DNA of 64,000 nt from an uncultured Bacteroidales bacterium. GTDB taxonomy: Bacteria; Bacteroidota; Bacteroidia; Bacteroidales; JAADJA01. Positions 41,759-52,252 of this stretch are shown here, one piece after another. The translations under genes and the position numbers were made by a program. Below the pieces are notes generated by a model. That model made no database searches, had not been told where the DNA came from, and saw only the letters and a program-made list of their open reading frames with translations. The stretch's first letter is position 1, and each line of letters begins with the position of its first letter. The stretch lies in contig CAVXGA010000018.1 in NCBI GenBank assembly GCA_963761195.1, positions 7,285-71,284 of the forward strand. Reading direction: 5' to 3'.

Positions 41759-42864
41759 AAAGGGCTGCTCTTTACCGGCTGGCATTGCTTTTGTTTGTTT
41801 TACCTTCTTGTTCACAAAATAAGGATGCAGATTTGGTTCCAGCCTATAAACCCACGCCATACAAGATCTCGGTCCCGTTTGGGTTTCCTACAAAATTGAA
41901 TTTATCTGAAGATAATCCCATGACGGTTGAGGGAATCGAGTTAGGCAGGTATCTGTTTTATGATGACCGGCTTGCCGGAAGAGCTGATGAAGGAAAATAC
42001 ATGTGCTGCGCTTCATGCCACATTCAGAAAAATTCCTTTACCATCGGTGCACCAAGACCTTATCCTGTTGGACTTGACGGAACTTCAACTCATCATGCCA
42101 TGCTGCCGCTAATCAACCTGGTATGGAATCCGGGCAATTACACCTGGAACGGAAGTTTAGGTTCGATTGAAGATGTTGTACTGGCTGTGATTGGCGATCC
42201 CAATGAGTTTGGTAGTTCCAATATAAAAGTTGAGAACGCAATTTCTTCTGTTTCCGGCTATCCCGAATTGTTTGAAAAAGCATTTGGAACGAGAGAGGTT
42301 ACAGCTGACCGTATTGCAAAAGCCATTGCACAATTTGTACGAACATTGATCTCCTCAAATTCTAAATTCGATCAATACCTTCGGGGAGAGGTTCAGTTGT
42401 CTTCGGCTGAATTAAAGGGATTTGTGCTGTTTACTACAGAAGAAGGTGCCGATTGTTTTCACTGCCATGGCGGTGATGGAAATCCATTGTTTACAACCAA
42501 TCTTTTTTACAACAACGGGAAGGATAGTGTTTTTACCGATCCGTATGACCGGTATTCCATCACAGGTAAATATCTTGATCTCGGAGCTTACAAGGCAACC
42601 ACCTTACGAAACATTGAATTCAGAACCCCTTTTATGCATGATGGACGCTTTAACACCCTGGATGAAGTAATCGATTTTTACAGCAGTCACCTCATTTGGT
42701 CGCCATCCATCCATCCCCTCATGCATCATATTGCAACAGGGGGAGTTCAGCTAACACCTTCTGAAAAGGAAAATCTTAAAGCATTTTTACTTACCTTATC
42801 CGATACAGCTTTCATCAATTCCACTGCATTCAGCAAGCCGGATAAGTTTCCGGATGAGAATTAA
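41755..42864 (+). CDS. Di-heme cytochrome c peroxidase family lipoprotein (MauG/MbnH-like)
   Basis: DNP.T..GIELGR.LFYD; two heme motifs CASCH and CFHCH; TLRNI..PFMHDG; ATGA overlap with the upstream gene. Confidence 0.88.
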   Translation: MKRAALYRLALLLFVLPSCSQNKDADLVPAYKPTPYKISVPFGFPTKLNLSEDNPMTVEGIELGRYLFYDDRLAGRADEGKYMCCASCHIQKNSFTIGAPRPYPVGLDGTSTHHAMLPLINLVWNPGNYTWNGSLGSIEDVVLAVIGDPNEFGSSNIKVENAISSVSGYPELFEKAFGTREVTADRIAKAIAQFVRTLISSNSKFDQYLRGEVQLSSAELKGFVLFTTEEGADCFHCHGGDGNPLFTTNLFYNNGKDSVFTDPYDRYSITGKYLDLGAYKATTLRNIEFRTPFMHDGRFNTLDEVIDFYSSHLIWSPSIHPLMHHIATGGVQLTPSEKENLKAFLLTLSDTAFINSTAFSKPDKFPDEN

Positions 42865-42928
42865 GTCAGAAAACAAACCTTTGCTCGTTTCTATCGTGTA
42901 AAACTTAACCTTTAATGATCTCGCGGCG

Positions 42929-44651
42929 TTATAGAATTTTTTCAAACCAGGCTTGTACATCTTCAATTTTTAAAGCAGGTACTTCCAGCTTTAGTTTTTT
43001 TCTCAATCCGCTTAAATCATTGATAAGTTTATTTGGATTAGCCAGTTTAAGATCAGCAACTGATTTAATGCCTGTTTTCCGGATTACAGCTATCCATTCA
43101 GCCGGAATTCCAAGCGCTGAAAACTCTTCATCTGCTGAAGCTTCAGCTTTTTTCTCCGGCCTCATTTGTGGAAAAAAGATCACATCCTGGATTGAAGGCT
43201 GGTTTGTGAGGATCATAGCTAAACGATCAATCCCGATACCTAAACCGGCTGTTGGGGGCATTCCATATTCCAGTGCCCGAAGAAAATCTTCATCCAAAAC
43301 CATCGATTCCATGTCTCCCCTTTTACCCAATTCGAGTTGAGCTTCAAAACGCTTGCGCTGGTCAATGGGGTCGTTTAATTCTGAAAATGCATTACAGATC
43401 TCTTTCCCGTTACAGATGGCTTCAAAGCGTTCAACCAGACCCTTCTTGCTTCGGTGCTTTTTTGCCAATGGAGACATTTCAACAGGATAATCGGTAATAA
43501 ATGTTGGTTGAATAAGATTCGGCTCAACGGTTTCACCAAATATTTCATCGATAAGCTTTCCTTTTCCCATTGAAGGATCAACCTCAACACCAACCTTTTT
43601 AGCCACTTCGGTTAATTGATTTTCATTCATCTCCGAAATGTCGATCGAAGTGTATTCCTTAATCGCTTCATACATGGTATATCGTTTCCAGGGTCTCTTA
43701 AAATCAATTTCCTTATCCCCTGCTTTAACTCTGGTCCTGCCATGTATATCGAGCGTGATCCGTTCAACCATTTCTTCAACAAGACCCATCATCCATTCAT
43801 AATCTTTGTATGCTACATACAGTTCCATTTGCGTAAACTCCGGATTATGAAAGCGATCCATTCCTTCATTTCTGAAATCTTTTGAAAATTCATATACACC
43901 ATCAAAACCCCCTACAATCAACCGCTTCAGGTAAAGCTCATTCGCAATTCGAAGATAGAGCGTCATGTCCAGCGAATTGTGATAACGTTTTGAACGGCCG
44001 TGCCGCGGCTCCACCGTATAAGGGTTGAAGAACGGGTGTTTCGACTTCGAGGTAACCTTTCTCATTCAGGTACGAACGCATGGAATTTACCAATTTTGAC
44101 CGTTGAACAAAAATATCTTTTACTCTGGGATTAACGATCAGGTCAAGATAACGCTGGCGGTAACGCTGCTCAGGGTCAGTAAAAGCATCCCACACTTTAT
44201 CTTCCTTTTCCTTTACTACCGGAAGCACTTTAAGAGATTTGCTCAGTAATTTAAATTCCTTTACATGAATGGTTATTTCACCCATCTGAGTTGTGAACAC
44301 ATATCCTTTTACACCAATAATATCTCCAATATCAAGCAGTCGCTTAAAAACGATGTTGTACATCGTTTTATCTTCACCTTCACAAATATCATCGCGCTTA
44401 AAATACAATTGTATCTTTCCGGAGGCATCCTGAATTTCAGTAAACGAAGCCGCGCCCATAATCCTGCGTTGCATTATTCTTCCGGCAATACATACATCCT
44501 GAAACGCAGATGTATCCGATGGAAAATTTTTTTGAATTTCCTCAGCCGAAACATTCACTTCAAACAATTCAGCCGGATAGGGATTGATTCCCAGCTTTTC
44601 AAGTTCCTGCAAAGCTTGCCTTCGTACAACTTCCTGTTCGGTTAACTCCAT
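42929..44651 (-). CDS. lysS: Lysine--tRNA ligase (class II) with C-terminal helical extension; one extra base near 43985
   Basis: OB fold, RYRQRYLDL and GGAAARPF; the other frame gives [25 protein letters not shown] and [14 protein letters not shown]. Confidence 0.96.
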
Positions 44652-44753
44652 TATTTATTATGCTTTTATTAAACTTTTATTGATTGTAAATTGAGTGGTG
44701 CAAAGATAGAAAAGAAGATGAATACCGCTCTGAATTTTTGATCTGTTCCGCTA

Positions 44754-46418
44754 TCAATGGGTTATGACCAGCTTTTCGGAAAACTGTCCCTTATTCGTAT
44801 ATATTCTTAGCAAATAAATTCCCGGAACAAAGGAAGATGTATTTATAGTATTAATGTTATCTGCAAATATTTCAGTTCCTGACTCGTATACCTCAGATCC
44901 TGCATGATTCAAAATAGAAATATTCGTTATCCTATCATCCGTGCTTTTAGGAGAAATAATCAGAAAGTCCGAAACAGGATTTGGATAAATTTCAAAGCAT
45001 TGGGCCAATTGATTGTTTATTCCATTTCCTTCAACAAAAATATCGACACTTGCAAATAAATCCGGTTCAGTCCCAATATAAACAGGCCTCACTTTATATT
45101 GATGCGATCCTGCAGGTACATCTGAATCAGAATATTCTGTGCCAGCAGTTATTGTCAAATTCACCAGGATTTCATCACGGTAAACATTATACCCAAGCAA
45201 TTCAAGAGTTCCTGCATAAGGTGCCGCATCCCAAAGAAGCAAAACGTCATTAGTATTAATGGAAGCAGTTAGGTTTTCTGGGGGAAACAGGTACAATTCA
45301 TCCGGGATATCGGGTTGCAAACCAACGATTGCATCATGTTGTATATTGAAATTATTACCTCCTGCACTTAACGAATCAATATAAAAATAGCCATCGTAAC
45401 TACCGTTCCATCCCCAGTTGAAATGAAAAAAATCGGTATCCTGATAACCATCACAAATAAAGGTATGACCTGCATTAGTTTCGTTATCCACACCCCCATA
45501 AATCACCGGTCTGTGTTGATCCAGTTCTGAACGCAGTAAACTTTTCCAATCACCCGAATAGATAGCTCTCCATAGAAATTGAGCGCTGTTTTTATAACTA
45601 AAATATTCTACCATAGCATCTCGCGCATCAAAATCCCACGCTCCTGTTCCGTAAGGGAAAATCTGGGAATCGACACTAACGGCACATTGAAATAATAATT
45701 CTGCAACTGCATTATTTTCACTCGTAACATGGTAATTCATTGAAGTCCAGTCATAAAAAGTATTCCCAAAATCGGCAGTTAACAATCCATAGGGAGTATT
45801 ATAGGAATGAGTTCCAGAACCGTTTTTCGGGAAATTGTAGTATTTCATTAGCTGACCCATTGCCGTTGCAACACAACCCACCCACACATGATTACATGGA
45901 CCACTGGTATCAGATGGAAAGAAGCTGTTGTAATAGCAATCCTGGCTCCATTTTGTATGTAACAATGGTTCGACCTGTGAAAAGCCGTTATCCGGTTTAA
46001 ATGTCTCAGAGGAATAATTATTCCAGGCTTTTTGAATTTTATTTGTTGCTTTCAGATTTTCCTTAATGGATTTAAAAATTTGAGTTTTGTATTGTTCCAT
46101 CCAAAACTGAAATTCCGGAGGAAAGCTGTTTTCATTTATTACATTATTTTTACCGTAAGCAATTACGGGATATACAGCATCAGCAGCTGAAACAATAACG
46201 AATTCATTTTCAGCTATAAAAACATAGTATAATTTCAAGTGCTGTTTTGAAACAATAAAATTTTTATTAAATCGGATAACTGAACCGGAATTAAAATGTT
46301 CTGATAAAAAATTTTCAGCTACAACTTTGGCTTTGGACATTGAAACTTCTTTCGCCAAACTATTGGTTCGGGCAATTAAAGTAATAAGCAGCATCCCAAG
46401 TATACCTGGTTTTCTCAT
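44754..46418 (-). CDS. T9SS-secreted C10 (streptopain-like) cysteine protease
   Basis: Propeptide FVIVSA, WSQ..YN, GCVATAMGQ, GHTFICDGY, HFNWGW, FN3-like domain, CTD IYPNP...GIYLL. Confidence 0.92.
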   Translation of the reverse strand: MRKPGILGMLLITLIARTNSLAKEVSMSKAKVVAENFLSEHFNSGSVIRFNKNFIVSKQHLKLYYVFIAENEFVIVSAADAVYPVIAYGKNNVINENSFPPEFQFWMEQYKTQIFKSIKENLKATNKIQKAWNNYSSETFKPDNGFSQVEPLLHTKWSQDCYYNSFFPSDTSGPCNHVWVGCVATAMGQLMKYYNFPKNGSGTHSYNTPYGLLTADFGNTFYDWTSMNYHVTSENNAVAELLFQCAVSVDSQIFPYGTGAWDFDARDAMVEYFSYKNSAQFLWRAIYSGDWKSLLRSELDQHRPVIYGGVDNETNAGHTFICDGYQDTDFFHFNWGWNGSYDGYFYIDSLSAGGNNFNIQHDAIVGLQPDIPDELYLFPPENLTASINTNDVLLLWDAAPYAGTLELLGYNVYRDEILVNLTITAGTEYSDSDVPAGSHQYKVRPVYIGTEPDLFASVDIFVEGNGINNQLAQCFEIYPNPVSDFLIISPKSTDDRITNISILNHAGSEVYESGTEIFADNINTINTSSFVPGIYLLRIYTNKGQFSEKLVITH

Positions 46419-46485
46419 AAGTGGATTATCTTTGTCATCAATTAATAGTAACAAAATTAATAAAATTTGGGTTCTCGATATGGTT

Positions 46486-47130
46486 ATGAAACTCACACAG
46501 GAATTTTACACGCGCGAATCCGTAACACAAATTGCCAGGGAATTGCTTGGAAAAATAATTTTCACACAAATCAACGGTAAGCTTACCGGTGGAATGATTA
46601 CCGAAACGGAAGCCTATGCTGGAGTGACTGATAAAGCTTCACACGCCTACAATAACCGCCGGACTAAACGCACCGAAATTATGTATTCGAAGGGTGGTGT
46701 GGCCTATATTTATTTGTGCTATGGAGTGCATCATTTATTCAATTTTGTCACGAATCAAAAGGATATTCCCCATGCCGTACTTTTACGGGGTATTTTCCCT
46801 GTTACGGGGATTTCTGAAATGGAAAATAGAACAGGAAAAAAATTCCAAATCAGTGGTTTTTCTGACGGACCCGGTAAACTATCAAAAGCGCTCGGAATTT
46901 CGATTATTTATTCAGGAGAAAACCTTGAAAGAAACAGAATTTGGGTTGAGGACCATGAAATTAATATTTTGGATGGGGATATTAATATTGGTCCGCGAAT
47001 AGGTGTTTTTTATTCGGGGGAAGATGCTTTTCTTCCATACAGGTATTTATTAAAAAAAGATGCTATTCAAAAGTACATAGAAAAAAAATCCCGGGATGAA
47101 CCCGGGATTTATCATGATTTTTACAAATAA
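46486..47130 (+). CDS. mpg: DNA-3-methyladenine glycosylase (AAG/MPG family)
   Basis: ARELLGK, ITETEAY, D.ASHA, AYIYLCYG.H, AVLLRG, GPGKL, PRIGV. Confidence 0.93.
   Translation: MKLTQEFYTRESVTQIARELLGKIIFTQINGKLTGGMITETEAYAGVTDKASHAYNNRRTKRTEIMYSKGGVAYIYLCYGVHHLFNFVTNQKDIPHAVLLRGIFPVTGISEMENRTGKKFQISGFSDGPGKLSKALGISIIYSGENLERNRIWVEDHEINILDGDINIGPRIGVFYSGEDAFLPYRYLLKKDAIQKYIEKKSRDEPGIYHDFYK
47081..47110 (-). terminator. Terminator for the HU gene, overlapping the mpg 3' end
   Basis: AAATCCCGGG-atgaa-CCCGGGATTT with a T-run on the minus strand. Confidence 0.75.
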
Positions 47131-47131
47131 A

Positions 47132-47404
47132 TTATTTAACAATACCTGTTAAATCGCTTCCGGCTTTAAATTTAACAACCTTTTTAGCTGCAATTTTAAT
47201 TTCTTTACCGGTTTGAGGATTCCTTCCAGTTCTAGCTGCACGTTTTGCAACTGAGAATGAACCGAAACCAACTAAAGCGACTCTGTCGCCTTTTTTCAGT
47301 GACTTTGAAGTTGCACTAATAAATGCATCTAAAGCCCTTTTAGCATCTGCTTTTGTTAGTTTAGCATCTGCTGCCATTGCGTCAATTAATTCTGCTTTAT
47401 TCAT
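47132..47404 (-). CDS. hup: DNA-binding protein HU
   Basis: [25 protein letters not shown]; TATATTTG promoter element at 47436-47443 (-). Confidence 0.97.
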   Translation of the reverse strand: MNKAELIDAMAADAKLTKADAKRALDAFISATSKSLKKGDRVALVGFGSFSVAKRAARTGRNPQTGKEIKIAAKKVVKFKAGSDLTGIVK

Positions 47405-47606
47405 TTTTCAAAAATATTAAATGGTTAATACGCTGCAAATATACGCTATTATTATAAAATAGCAAGTTAAAAACGCTAAAACCCTTGATTTTGTTAATAA
47501 TTTGGAGTTTTTGTTAATAACTTTGATCCTGTATGCCTTTATTTATGGGGATTATAGAAATATATAACTAGTCGCTATGTGAGTTTTCACAAGACTGAAA
47601 ACATTA

Positions 47607-48593
47607 TTATTCAATCTGCCATTCGTCGTCAATACTAAAACCTCTTAAAAATTCATTTGTTTTCATTCGTCGTCTGCCTTCAAGTTGCAATTCAATTAGT
47701 TCGATAAATCCATTTCTGCATGGCACCATGATTTGATGGTTATCAATAATGCGAATAAATCTGCTTTTTTGCATCCCAGCTAATAAATCTGCAAATACAA
47801 CTTCTGATTTTTGAGTTTTATAAATCTTCACGATATATTTTTTCCCCTGAGGAGAAACAAAAACTGAAAAAGCTCCGGGATGCGGGCTGAGACCTCTTAT
47901 TAAATTATGGATTTCATCTTGATTTTTATTCCAGTTTATCCGGCTATCTTCTTTTGTCAGCCGAGGTGCAGTTTTTAACACTCCTAATCCATCCCTTGTG
48001 GGGTTTTGATCTACCGGTCTTGCAGTCTGCTGAGTGATCGCCTCAACAGTTTTAAGGACTAATTGCGCACCAGTCACTTTTAACCGGTCATGTAAATCTC
48101 CTGCACATTCTTCATCACCGATTGTGATTCTTTCCTGAAATAAGATTTTGCCTGTATCAATTTGTTCGTCAATAAAAAAAGTCGTCAAACCGGTTTCTTT
48201 TTCACCCTTGATTATCGCCCAATTTATGGGTGCTGCTCCACGATATTGAGGAAGCAGGGATGCATGCAAATTAAATGTTCCTAAATGCGGTATTTTCCAT
48301 ATAACCTCAGGTAACATCCTGAAGGCAACAACAACCAGAATGTCCGGCTTCAGCTTTTTTAAACGTGTAACAAATTCTTCCGACTTAAGATTTACAGGCT
48401 GAAATACAGGAATATTAGCTTTAATGGCAAATTCTTTTACCGGAGAATAGTTGATTAATTGGCCTCTGCCGGAGGGTTTATCAGGAGCTGTAACTACGGC
48501 ACAAATGTTATATCCTGATTTTTTTAGGAGTTCAAGACTGGGAACCGCAAATTCGGGTGTTCCCATAAAAACTATTTTGACACTACTTTTCAT
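47607..48593 (-). CDS. fmt: Methionyl-tRNA formyltransferase
   Basis: IVFMGTPEFAV, NLHASLLPQYRGAAPINWA, DTG. Confidence 0.97.
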   Translation of the reverse strand: MKSSVKIVFMGTPEFAVPSLELLKKSGYNICAVVTAPDKPSGRGQLINYSPVKEFAIKANIPVFQPVNLKSEEFVTRLKKLKPDILVVVAFRMLPEVIWKIPHLGTFNLHASLLPQYRGAAPINWAIIKGEKETGLTTFFIDEQIDTGKILFQERITIGDEECAGDLHDRLKVTGAQLVLKTVEAITQQTARPVDQNPTRDGLGVLKTAPRLTKEDSRINWNKNQDEIHNLIRGLSPHPGAFSVFVSPQGKKYIVKIYKTQKSEVVFADLLAGMQKSRFIRIIDNHQIMVPCRNGFIELIELQLEGRRRMKTNEFLRGFSIDDEWQIE

Positions 48594-48605
48594 GGACTAA
48601 CCGAT

Positions 48606-48634
48606 AAAAAAACCTGTCCGAAGCGAACAGGTTT
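48606..48634 (-). terminator. Putative terminator between the TPR gene and fmt
   Basis: AAACCTGT.cg...cg.ACAGGTTT stem with a T-run on the minus strand. Confidence 0.6.
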
Positions 48635-48652
48635 ACAAAAGTATATTTTCTA

Positions 48653-49345
48653 TCAGATTTCCTTTAAATGCGCTTTGGCTCTGGCAATATATTTATCAAT
48701 GTCCCTCGCTTCACGTGATTTGGGAAAGTCTTTCTTTAGTTTTTCATACGAACTTAATGCTTTTTCCCAATTATTTAAAATCTCATACGTCCATCCGGCT
48801 TTTAATAAAAACGTAGGGGAACTGAATTCATTGGCATTTTTATTAGCCGCATCCATATAATATTCGGCTGCTTTTTCAGCATTGCCTAATTGCATATATG
48901 AATCACCAATAGCACCCAGCGCCATAGCAGGAGTAATTAAATCGCTGCTGCCGAATTTCTTAAAATAATCAATGGCTTTATTATAATTACCTTGCTTGTA
49001 ATAACAAACACCTGCGTAATATTTAGCAAGGTTTCCGGACTTCGTTGAACCGTACTGATCAATTATATCCAGAAAACCGCTGTTTTCTCCATCTCCGTTC
49101 AATGCAAGGTTCAATGAATCCTTGTCGAAATAATATTCTGCCCTGAACATTGCAGTTGCTGCTGATTTTTCTCTGGGATGCTTAATAAATTTGTTATAAC
49201 CGAAGAACAGAAGAATTATTACGATAATTCCGCCAATTACGTAAGTAAGAATTTTCTGGTTGCTTTCTATAAACTGTTCTGTTTTACTGAGGGCTTCCTC
49301 TACCGCTACAATCCGTTCTTCTGTTGAGTCTTTCTTTTTTGCCAT
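48653..49345 (-). CDS. Membrane-anchored TPR protein (YfgM-like, conserved in Bacteroidota)
   Basis: N-terminal TM, ALNGDG..GFL.I..Y..TK.GNLA.YYAG, TPR repeats; TATCTTTG promoter element at 49366-49373 (-). Confidence 0.85.
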   Translation of the reverse strand: MAKKKDSTEERIVAVEEALSKTEQFIESNQKILTYVIGGIIVIILLFFGYNKFIKHPREKSAATAMFRAEYYFDKDSLNLALNGDGENSGFLDIIDQYGSTKSGNLAKYYAGVCYYKQGNYNKAIDYFKKFGSSDLITPAMALGAIGDSYMQLGNAEKAAEYYMDAANKNANEFSSPTFLLKAGWTYEILNNWEKALSSYEKLKKDFPKSREARDIDKYIARAKAHLKEI

Positions 49346-49781
49346 TACCGATTGAAATTTGGGCGCAAAGATATATTTTTTTATTAAAAGCTGATATTTT
49401 ATTTAAAAAAACATTCACACAAGATTACCACGAAATGGTTGAAGCACTATTACAAATAAACTTCTATAATTATATTCTTTGTTCTTTTAATATAATGAAA
49501 AATTTCAATGACAGGATTTGCTAGAAATTTTCAAACCCATGTAGATTGGTCAAAAGTCTGAACATCATAACCTGTTTACCTGATAACCTATAAGTAATGT
49601 ATCAAATACAACATGTCGGCTTAAAAACCAAAATCAGAATATTCCGGGTTTTAAAATGAAAAGCTTTCGGATTTCATTTTATTTTTGAAGATAATTATAT
49701 TCCGTTCAGATTCTTTCAGAAGAACATATATTTTCCATTATTTTGCATTGAATTATTCTGCAATAACGTTTAGACTTTTTG

Positions 49782-50468
49782 ATGAAAAAACTGGAAACAA
49801 TTGAAGAAAAACTAAAATTACTTAATTATTTAAGTGAATTCATTACGGTAGGCAGGAGAGCAATATTTGACGAAATAATTCAAAACAGGACCGACTTTAT
49901 TACAGTTGTGCTTGAAGATATCTTTCAGCCACATAATGCAAGCGCTGTATTAAGAACCTGCGATTGCTTTGGTATACAGGATGTTCATATCATTGAAAAT
50001 GAAAATAAATACAGGGTAAATCCCGACGTCGCTTTGGGTGCTTCAAAATGGCTAAGTATTTATAAATACAATGCTGAACAAAATAATACAATTGCAGCTT
50101 TGACCAATCTAAAATCACAAGGCTACAGAATATTTGCCACAACCCCTCATACAAATGACTGCCTTTTGGAGGACCTGAACTTCGACTCAAAAATTGCACT
50201 GGTCTTCGGTACAGAATTAAATGGCTTGTCGGATATCGCAAAAGAAAATTCGGATGGGTTTGTGAGAATACCGATGTTTGGATTTACCGAAAGTTTAAAT
50301 ATATCTGTATCAGCAGCTATTTTTCTTCATTACCTGATCGGGAAACTACATAAATCAGCTATTAATTGGCATCTATCTGAACAAAAAATTATTGATATTA
50401 AATTGAATTGGCTGAGAAGCTCAATTAAAAGTTCTGATTTATTAGAGAAAAAGTTTTTGAAAATTTAA
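49782..50468 (+). CDS. trmH: TrmH/SpoU family RNA 2'-O-methyltransferase
   Basis: VVLEDI..HN.SAV.RTCD.FG, LVFGTE..GLS, IPMFGFTESLN.SV. Confidence 0.9.
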   Translation: MKKLETIEEKLKLLNYLSEFITVGRRAIFDEIIQNRTDFITVVLEDIFQPHNASAVLRTCDCFGIQDVHIIENENKYRVNPDVALGASKWLSIYKYNAEQNNTIAALTNLKSQGYRIFATTPHTNDCLLEDLNFDSKIALVFGTELNGLSDIAKENSDGFVRIPMFGFTESLNISVSAAIFLHYLIGKLHKSAINWHLSEQKIIDIKLNWLRSSIKSSDLLEKKFLKI

Positions 50469-50514
50469 TAGCTTTGCTGCAAATTAATTTACTAACCTTA
50501 TAAATACATAGCTT

Positions 50515-50820
50515 ATGGGAAAAGGTGATAAAAAATCCAGGCGAGGAAAAATAATCATGGGTAGTTTTGGTGTCAGAAGGCCAAAAAGAAAGAAAAATCC
50601 AACGATAACAGCTACCAACGTTCCGGTTATAAAGAAAGCTGCCGTTACCAAAGCTAAAGAGGAAAAACCGGCAACTGAGACTAAGAAACCGGAAAGGAAA
50701 AAAACCACTGCTAAAAAAGCAACCGATCAACCTGAGATAGCTTCTAAAAAATCTTCAACTAAGAAATCTGAATCTCCAAAAAAGGAGAAAAAAGAGAAAG
50801 CTAAAGAAGAGAAGAAATAA
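50515..50820 (+). CDS. 30S ribosomal protein THX (bTHX) with long Lys-rich tail
   Basis: MGKGDKKSRRGKI..GSFG.RRP signature; TAGCTTTG promoter element at 50469-50476. Confidence 0.88.
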   Translation: MGKGDKKSRRGKIIMGSFGVRRPKRKKNPTITATNVPVIKKAAVTKAKEEKPATETKKPERKKTTAKKATDQPEIASKKSSTKKSESPKKEKKEKAKEEKK

Positions 50821-50871
50821 AGTTAACCAAGTGAAAATTAAAGGGTCCCATGATAAAAAAATAGCAGTAAA

Positions 50872-52252
50872 TCAAATGGTTTCTGCTATTTTTTTAAATT
50901 GATCGCCCCTTTCCTCAAAATTATTAAACATGTCGTAACTGGCTGCTGCCGGAGATAGCAGACAAATCGTACCGGGTCGGGTATATTTTTTAATGTAGTA
51001 ACGGATCTCATCAAATTGCTTTACAGGAAAGACATTCTTGCCATGATTTGGATTAAATGATATAAACTCATTTAAAATACGGTTGCCTGCAACTCCAATA
51101 AAAATAATGGTTCGGATATCGGAATGAGACAAAAATTTTACCAGTCCCTGATAATCAACTCCCCGGTCCTTTCCTCCGACCACGAGCGTATCAACATTTT
51201 TTAATGTATTTACTGCTTCAATTGTGGCCTCAGGAATAGTCGCAATTGAATCGTTGTAAAAAGAAATCCCCGAAAATTCACCGACAAACTCAAGACGGTG
51301 AGGAAGTCCTTTAAATTCATTCACTGCATTTTCGATTATTTGATCCGGGACTCCATGTATTTTACTAATACAGACCGCAGCCATAATATTCATCAAATTA
51401 TGCTGACCTGGTAAATATCTACGTTTAGTGAAATCAAATTCAGAAATCGAATTTCCGGAATGATAAACAACCCTACCTGATGAATTGAGATATGCTCCAT
51501 CTTCAATTATCCTCTTCGCTGAAAACTTAAAAACAGTCGAAACAATGTTTATCTTAGATAACAATTCTACAATCGACCCATCATCTGCATTTATTATAAG
51601 AAAGTCATTGCTTTTTTGATATCGTGCGATATTGAATTTAGTCATCTGGTAACTTGAATAACTTGAATAATGGTCAAGATGTTCCTGATAAAGATTCAAT
51701 AAACAGGCTGTATGCGGAGAAACTGAAATATCCTGAAGCTGATGTGAAGACAACTCAAAAACGATTCTGGTTTCATCTTTAATTTGTTCTATTCGATCAA
51801 ACGGTGGGATACCAATATTTCCCAATAAAATTACATCTTTATAATGGCAAGAGAGGATATGTTTTATCAGACTTGAGGTGGTGCTTTTTCCTTTTGTACC
51901 TGTAACTCCCAATTGTTTGAGCTGCAAAAAGTTTTAAAAATAATTCGGTTTGTGAGGTCAATTTCCCTCGATCCAAAATCCCCGTCAATAAATTAGTTGG
52001 AATTCCCGGAGATTTAATAACCAGATCATAAGTGTCAATATCACTAAGGTAATTCCTGCCGAAAGCGGTATGACAAGCTTTATCAATTGGGAAATCAAGC
52101 TTTTTTGTTAAATTTTCATCCTGATCGGCAATTGTGAGAAATTCTGGTGCGACTGTCTTAATTAACAATTTGTAGCACGAAATTCCCTCTTTCCCGAATC
52201 CAAGAATCAGAATTTTCTTGTTATTAAATAAATCAGCTATTTGTCCTTCCAT
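50872..52252 (-). CDS. murD: MurD-family ligase (MurD2-like), with one extra G at 51908-51910
   Basis: ILGFGKEG, KSPGIP; the corrected frame gives IGVTGTKGKSTT, GNIG.P, ELSS.QL, EHLD, LPHRLE, NDSIAT, LSPAAASY..F.NFEERG. Confidence 0.9.

Noticed and set aside
49346-49780. Long intergenic region and the 66-aa ORF at 49324-49524 as a possible ncRNA or gene
   Set aside because: AT-rich divergent promoter region with no recognisable RNA motif; the ORF overlaps the TPR gene start and its promoter.
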